Below, piece after piece: positions 58,220-64,000 of a stretch of DNA of 64,000 nt (within the stretch, counting starts at the first letter, position 1; each line of letters starts with the position of its first letter). The notes beneath the pieces are model-generated. The model ran no database searches and was not told the DNA's origin. It saw only the letters and a list, made by a program, of their open reading frames with translations. This DNA comes from Carpediemonas membranifera BICM (lineage: Eukaryota > Protista > Fornicata): assembly GCA_019828565.1 (NCBI GenBank), contig JAHDYR010000067.1, forward strand, positions 106,722-170,721, in the 5' to 3' direction. The position numbers and the translations under genes were made by a program.

Positions 58220-58652
58220 CATTTCGACTCGGTAAGAAAAAAAATAAATCAACAACGAGCTGTATTCATAATCTATAAATGAGGTTGAATACATGCCTAC
58301 ACATGAGGACTACTCATGCGTAGTTTTGAGCTTTAAATCCTGCTAGAAAAAAGTAACATAGGGACAATTATTCCTTGGGAGTTCAGACTCAAAAATCGGG
58401 CTGGGGGAGGAAATGGTCCATAAGTACGCCTTATGGGTCGCTTCCTCCTCTCTGCCCTTTTTATTGACTTCTGATTTGCCAGATTTGACACATGTTCGAG
58501 GTGAGTCTTAGATTACTCAAAATGGCCTCCTGATTCAGCAGATAGACTCAAAATTTCACAATTCGTACTCAAAACCAATTTCAACAGACGTCTGTTGCAA
58601 AATCTGCCAAAAACGCACTTTAAAGTCATTTTTGCAACAGACGTCTGTGGAA

Positions 58653-59905
58653 ATGGTCTTTAAGCTCTCCGCTGCCGATTTGACGCAACTACACAAGACT
58701 AACTACAGTAATACGTACATTGCCGACATTAGCGGGGTCAAAACTGTCGTCAAGGTCGATAACTGTATGACACTTCGCCTGACACACGAAAATACGATAC
58801 TTCAGGCAATGAAAAGCCCATTTATTGTTACAATCGTCGATGTGGGCTTTGTTGACAGCGATCAAGCGTTTGCCACTCGCTTTGTTGACCATATGTCGTG
58901 GCGAGACGTTCTGGCACTACCAGTACCGGATCAATGTCGCTACTTGCGGCACTTACTGTTAGCTCTCAGCCATGTGCATGAGAATGGATTCATCCACGGC
59001 GACATCAAGCCCGACAACTACCTTTTCAACCGAGAAGACGGTGGATTACTCATTGACTTCGGCTCTGCCATCAAAATAGAGGCTCCTACTGGGATTAACA
59101 GGTATATGGGACAAGACATGAGAGGGACACCTGGTTTTATCCCCCCGAGCTTCGTGCCGACGAACTCAGTCGGAAATCGAAGCATTGTACAGTAGCTATG
59201 CGGGAACCACAGAATTTGAACCCCTTCCAGGCTTCCAGGAACACCACAACCAGAAACACCAACATGCACACAGTTGATGCGGCATACGACATCTTTTCCT
59301 GCGGCGTTATCGTCCTCATGATGGCATTGCGACTGGATAAGTCTCCATTTCGATCTGTGAGAGTGGATGGTGGCAAGCCAAGTAACCCAGACGAGCATAT
59401 TGGCGCTCTATATAACATGGCGTACTTCTACGGCCGCGAAATCACGATACACAGCAAGAAGAAGAATGCAGCCCGTGGTTTGATGATCAATCCGACTCTC
59501 TGCACGAGAGGAAGCCCTCCGACACAGTATAGGAGCCTTTATGACCTTGCAATGGGGATGCTCAGCTATAATCCGGAGGATAGACCAACAGCTTTGATGT
59601 GCGCTGAACATCTCAACGATATCGCCGCCCTAGCAGCAACGTTCGCATCAACACCACTGATGATCAACGACCAGGTGACAATCTCTCAGGAAACGCTCGC
59701 TGCCGCCAAACTCACCGTTGAAGCACTTCGAGAAACCCGATTTGCTGGCCGATGCATTGCATGTGGCATGCCGGTTCACGATAATCGAACAATAACTTGC
59801 AAGACACACCACCAAGATTACAGAAGCATCATGAACCCCCACACAAAGAGAAGAGGACGAGTTTGGAGGGTTCATCGTGATCTATCATTGATTATTGATA
59901 TGTAA
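58653..59905 (+). CDS. Ser/Thr protein kinase, Cdc7/CMGC-like motifs (frameshift in C-run 59141-59146)
   Basis: TVVK, HEN, HGDIKPDNYLFN, DFG, RGTPGFIPP(E after +1 C), YDIFSCGVI, PEDRPTA; C-terminal CxxC..C..H. Confidence 0.85.
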
Positions 59906-60345
59906 CCGCCCAGTATCGAATCACCTCACTACCATGGGATGATCGCATTCACCTTCAAAGAAAGAGATGAGGCCGCATACTCGACCAGATATAAAGGAGA
60001 TATGCTGCAGCCTTGAAAAGAAAGAAAGAAAGAAAGAAATTTATGGTGCTTGGATTCTGACCCCCGGACTGAGCTTGTTTCCCGTGCTGCAGCCTTGCGC
60101 TGGCTTTATAGACAATACCCAGTTGTTTACACTAAAACCGAAAAATCAGTCCTCGAATCGAACTGGAGTGGGGTGGCTGTGATACAGTGTTCGTTCCTGT
60201 AGTACCCAGGCAGAAGACCCGACCGGACGATATGGCCTGGAACTCTACCGGCAAAAAGCAGCTGGCGGCCGCTGAGGGAATATGTGGAAGGCGCTTCCAG
60301 AATGATCTTTACACTACTTTCTTTGCTTCTATCTTGTACTTACTG

Positions 60346-62027
60346 TTAATCACTCTCATCATCTTTTTGTCTACTTGTGGATGACGGAGCGCCTTCCTGT
60401 ATTTGCGCTTTTCTTTTGATACCCTCTGGGAGACTGACAAGTTCCGCATGGTCGTCCTGGAGCAGAATAAAGTGGGTAATGCCATGTCTGGAACAGAACA
60501 CCTGGAAATTCTCACAACGATCAGCAGCTGAGTCGCCAGAAGGGTACAAACCCCAAAACTGGTGACCATGTGTGAACAATATCACTGTAGAATTATTACC
60601 GTTGTTGCACACCATGATGACATTACGCATGTAGATCATGGAAAACTCTCGCACAGCATCATCGGTAAGCCAGCCCATCTTGGAAAACAGTTCTGCCTTA
60701 GCGGAATCCTCCGTCAGAGCCGTCCGCTTCACCCGGCTTTCCACCAGCTCGGCACGCAAAGCCATGGCTGCCTCAAGATCTGTTCTGTGGGTCAGGGGTG
60801 GTCATATCCCGGAAATGGCCGTCCCTAATCATGCAACAGCAGTGCGCAACACAGCTGCCATCACGGTGTGTCGAGTATTTCCTCCATGACTTCAACCCAT
60901 TCACAATTTCCTCAACGAAGGACTGTGGCTGACCGCTGGTGCCGATTGGAATCTCTTTCTTCTCAATCATATTGTTGATGTGAGACTCAATGGCCACAGA
61001 TGACTCGTGTTCAGACTTGATCAAGAGCAGAGAGCGAAAGTCGACGATCTTAGCAGTGGAATCGAAGTTCGGGTACGCAGGCCGGTAAACCTTGTTAAGC
61101 AAAGGATAACAACGCGGCGGGAGTCTTGCGTCTTCCTCCGATACGATCTTCGCTTTTGCACAACCGTCAGGTCTTGCGATAATGACTCTTCGCTTCATGT
61201 ACGAGAGCTTGGACATCCAGAACCAGAATTGCGCGATCTCATGGAGGTGATCTGGCTGAGTCATGATTCTGATGAGCCACGTGGCGTCATGGGCGGCAAG
61301 TTCGACGGCGGGTAGCTCATCTGGTGTCAAAAGCACCACACACCGTTGCATTGTGAACTTGAACTTGCCAGAATACAACTGAAAGATCGGCCGTGGGTCA
61401 CGGGCGGAAGACTGGCAGGCGGCAATATACACACCCATGATTCGGGCGAACTTGCAGACATGACTCTCATAATTCTTCAGAATTGCCTCGATGAAGTCGA
61501 AGGCAGTTGTCCAGATGGCTGGTATCGTGCGGGCATCGACCACAAACCGACCATCAGAGTCCGAGTGACCAGTGATAATGAAAAAAAGTCTCATAGTCAC
61601 CATACAGCTTGCCGAATTCCTTGATTTTCGCCTCAAAATCGTCCTCGTTCTCGAACTGGGCCGTCTCGATAACCGTATACTCGCTATGCATTGCCGCAAA
61701 GATCTGACGAATGCGTTCTGCGTGCCCTCCAATGGAGACAGATTCATCAATCGAAAACTGCCTGCTATCTCCAGCAACGAACCCATAGGTTGGCTCGAAC
61801 ACGATGAGGACACGTGTATTCTTCAGCGCCAGTGCAGTACGGGTGCACTTGTGACGTCGGGATGGCGAGGGAAAACCGACGTTGCGTGTTTCGCTACTGA
61901 TGTCCCCACAGACACATTCAAACAGCTTTGATCCATCCAGATATCGATTTCTCCACCCCATTGCATTGAAAAATGTCTGATCGTCGTTCATGACGCCAAT
62001 GCCAAATTGAGGGTGAGAAAATGGCAT
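60346..62027 (-). CDS. caspase-like (clan CD) protease fused to OTU-like protease (frameshifts near 61584 and 60796)
   Basis: RVLIVFE..HAERIRQIF..FFIITGHS..YIAACQS; then RDGSCVAHC..GWLTDDAVREF..ILLQDDHAELV. Confidence 0.68.
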
Positions 62028-62088
62028 CGCACTTTAAAGCAGCTTTATGTGAGAAATGTATTGCATATAATTCTGCATTCAGAAGACG

Positions 62089-62971
62089 ATGGCTAGAACA
62101 AAGCAAACGGCTCGCCGGCCTACGCAAGGTGGAAAGGCGCCTCGCAAGCAGTTAGCAGCGATAGCTGCGCGGAGAGCAAATACTTCGTCGTACCGCACCT
62201 ACAAGCCGTTGTCTCAGGCCGCGTTGGAGAATTGCACGGCAGTCCTGCAAAAGGCTGATGCTGATATCCAAGAAACTATTCTGTCGTGCATCAAAGAAGA
62301 CGGAGGCGCACAACTTCAAGCAGATGGTCAAGAATTCAACACGAGCTGGTTTCCGACTTGCATTCAACACTGAGTCCGAGTCTGTCCACATGAACCCATC
62401 GAGGAAGGACGAGGTGGCAGCGCGGGCAGAAGCTGCTTACCAATCAGCGCTGCATGCCTTCCGCAGCGTTGACCCTGAGACTGCTGCGACAGAAGATATG
62501 AAGACACTGCTTGACACCTTAGCGGTTGCTCTTGACGCAACGCCAGATGTGCCACATGCTCGCCTGGATCCTGAAGAACAGCGTCGGTTCCTGAAGCTGA
62601 AGGATACGAAGAAATTCTCCAAGTACTGCCTTCCTCGCAGTGACGAGAAGTTTTTCTCGACCAATCTTCGCGCTGCCTTGCGCGAACACCTGGCGAAGGT
62701 GTTTCCAAACCTCCCTTGGAACAAGATTGTCTCCTGCTTCTCCCCTGAAGCGATCAATGCTGATTTCTTTATCCTGTCCACGAGCAATGCCACCTACGAC
62801 GAAGCTTGCCTGACAATGCCGTCTGATGAGAGAAAGAAGCTTCGCAACCATCTTTCCATGACTGAAGAACGGCAGATTGCTCGTCAAGAGATGGAGGTTG
62901 GGATTTACCAGTTTTTAAAGAGAGCTCGGTATGTTCTCTACGGTGTAAAAGATGCAATTGTTGACCATTGA
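62089..62971 (+). CDS. divergent histone H3-derived protein (K9R, K27R), apparent frameshift near 62226
   Basis: MARTKQTARRPTQGGKAPRKQLAAIAARR; removing one G gives YKPLSQAALRIARQSCKRLMLISKKLFCR, aligning gap-free to H3 [29 protein letters not shown]. Confidence 0.78.
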
Positions 62972-62987
62972 CTCGATCAGCGCGCCT

Positions 62988-63804
62988 CTAAACCCCACTA
63001 TTCGAAGGCGTCTCTGCGGGCTGAAGAGACATAAAGGTTAAAAACAGTTTAAGGAACTCGTCCAACGTCTTCGCATTGTGCGTCATGGCCACCTTGTCCT
63101 TCTTCGTCAACCTCGATTTGGTACCCTTTCTCTTCACAGTCGTCTTCTTCTTCTTAGAAGGCTCCCAGCTCCCCATTGGCGCATGCTTTTTCTTAGCTTC
63201 TTCTGCTCTAATCTGTACTTCTCCTCCTCCGTCATGTCTGCTTCCTTTTTTTCTTTTGCCTTCGCCTTCTTCTTCGACTTCATTACATCTAACTTCTTCG
63301 CCTTCTCTGCATCCTCCTGGACCACGCGAGAAATTGAGTGCTTCACGTCCTTCGGTACATCACGATTCCTCGCATGCTTAACCACGACAAAGACATTATC
63401 GTCAGTGCCGCCACCTTCAAGGATGACCTTGTCCTTTGGGATCTTGCTGGTGGCAACCAAGAAGCAGATCGGCTTCTTATCCACCTTGAATAGGGCAAAC
63501 CTGCAGTTGCCAGCAGCCGAATGATGGCAAAAGCTTGTTGACGCATGCTTCATCAGGAGTCATGAGGGTGCAGCTGTGACGATAGCTGAATCCGAGAAGG
63601 CTGATCGCTAAGAACACCCTTGGCAATCCCGAGCACTTCTCCCTCATCAACATCGCCAGCCGTGACCAAACCATACATCATGTCATCGCCCTTTGACACC
63701 ATGCATGTGCTGCACTTCAGAGAAATGAGCGATTGGCCGTCAAGCTCGACAATTTGGTCATCATCGAAAGGCAAGGCGTCTATCTTCATCGCGGCTTCGC
63801 CCAT
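62988..63804 (-). CDS. divergent SET-domain protein with Lys-rich tail (frameshifts; 5' end may lie further upstream)
   Basis: YGLVTAGDVDEGEVLGIAKG, SFCHHSAAGNC, FLVATSKIPK; in-frame upstream WNCQLC may be the end of a PHD finger. Confidence 0.62.
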
Positions 63805-64000
63805 GTCCGCCCAATTTGCATAGACACGACGCGCAAGCTCTTCCGGAAAGCAATCGCAGCAAAGTTGACAGTTCCACTTTCTTGCTGCATTCTACGCAGT
63901 TTATACCAGCAGTTTATACGCAGCAATGACACAGCACCAAGAGCGTGGCACACAACCCTTCAATGACCCATGTAAGGTTGGGTGGGTCTTATGTCAGGCT

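Larger units (their letters stand above)
58153..64000. mobile_element. left part of a second giant transposon of the same family (right end outside window)
   Basis: AA|CATACTGT terminus; 58233-58500 homologous to subterminal 24002-24270 of element 1; homologous OTU cargo and a SET gene. Confidence 0.8.

Noticed and set aside
62089-62373. Canonical host histone H3 or CenH3
   Set aside because: Near-canonical tail with a disrupted, expanded fold is the reverse of the CenH3 pattern; it lies within a transposon and is too long
1-64000. tRNA or rRNA genes
   Set aside because: None recognised by eye; tRNAscan-SE/Infernal not run

Overview
Eukaryotic protist DNA: gene-dense, with tiny 28-77 nt GT-AG introns, some with a GCT(A/C)AC branch point fused to the 3' AG (fornicate/metamonad-like; organism assignment is inference). 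Bases 1-21.4 kb hold ordinary host genes: amino-acid transporter, CEP164-like, Lunapark, Arb2/FAM172, C2H2-PHD-SET, a surface protein, an IQ protein, zuotin/DNAJC2 and OGT. From 22 kb to the end is a nest of mobile elements. (i) A decayed Ty3/gypsy LTR element with identical 110-bp LTRs (22397-55998, minus strand) splits a repeat-protein gene. (ii) Inside it is a 22.7-kb DNA transposon (23921-46658; 74-bp TIRs starting CATACTGT, flanked by AA). It encodes a CMC/Transib-RAG1-like DDE transposase and cargo: SET, PHD, OTU-like protease, HEPN, two apparently dead tyrosine-recombinase-like proteins and a tandemly amplified acidic ORF. (iii) Also inside is a young chromovirus (48251-54195, identical LTRs, GGGT TSD, extra antisense ORF). 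(iv) A second member of the giant-transposon family starts at 58153 and runs off the window, carrying a kinase, a caspase-like/OTU fusion, a SET gene and a histone-H3-derived gene with K9 and K27 replaced by Arg. The best candidate novel system is this family of giant cargo transposons carrying a chromatin-manipulation kit including its own H3 variant. A second is the sequence-unrelated 12-bp perfect palindrome that both LTR families have in place of a tRNA primer-binding site. Many element ORFs are broken by single-base indels in short homopolymers, probably assembly error. All domain calls are by-eye motif recognition; no searches were run.
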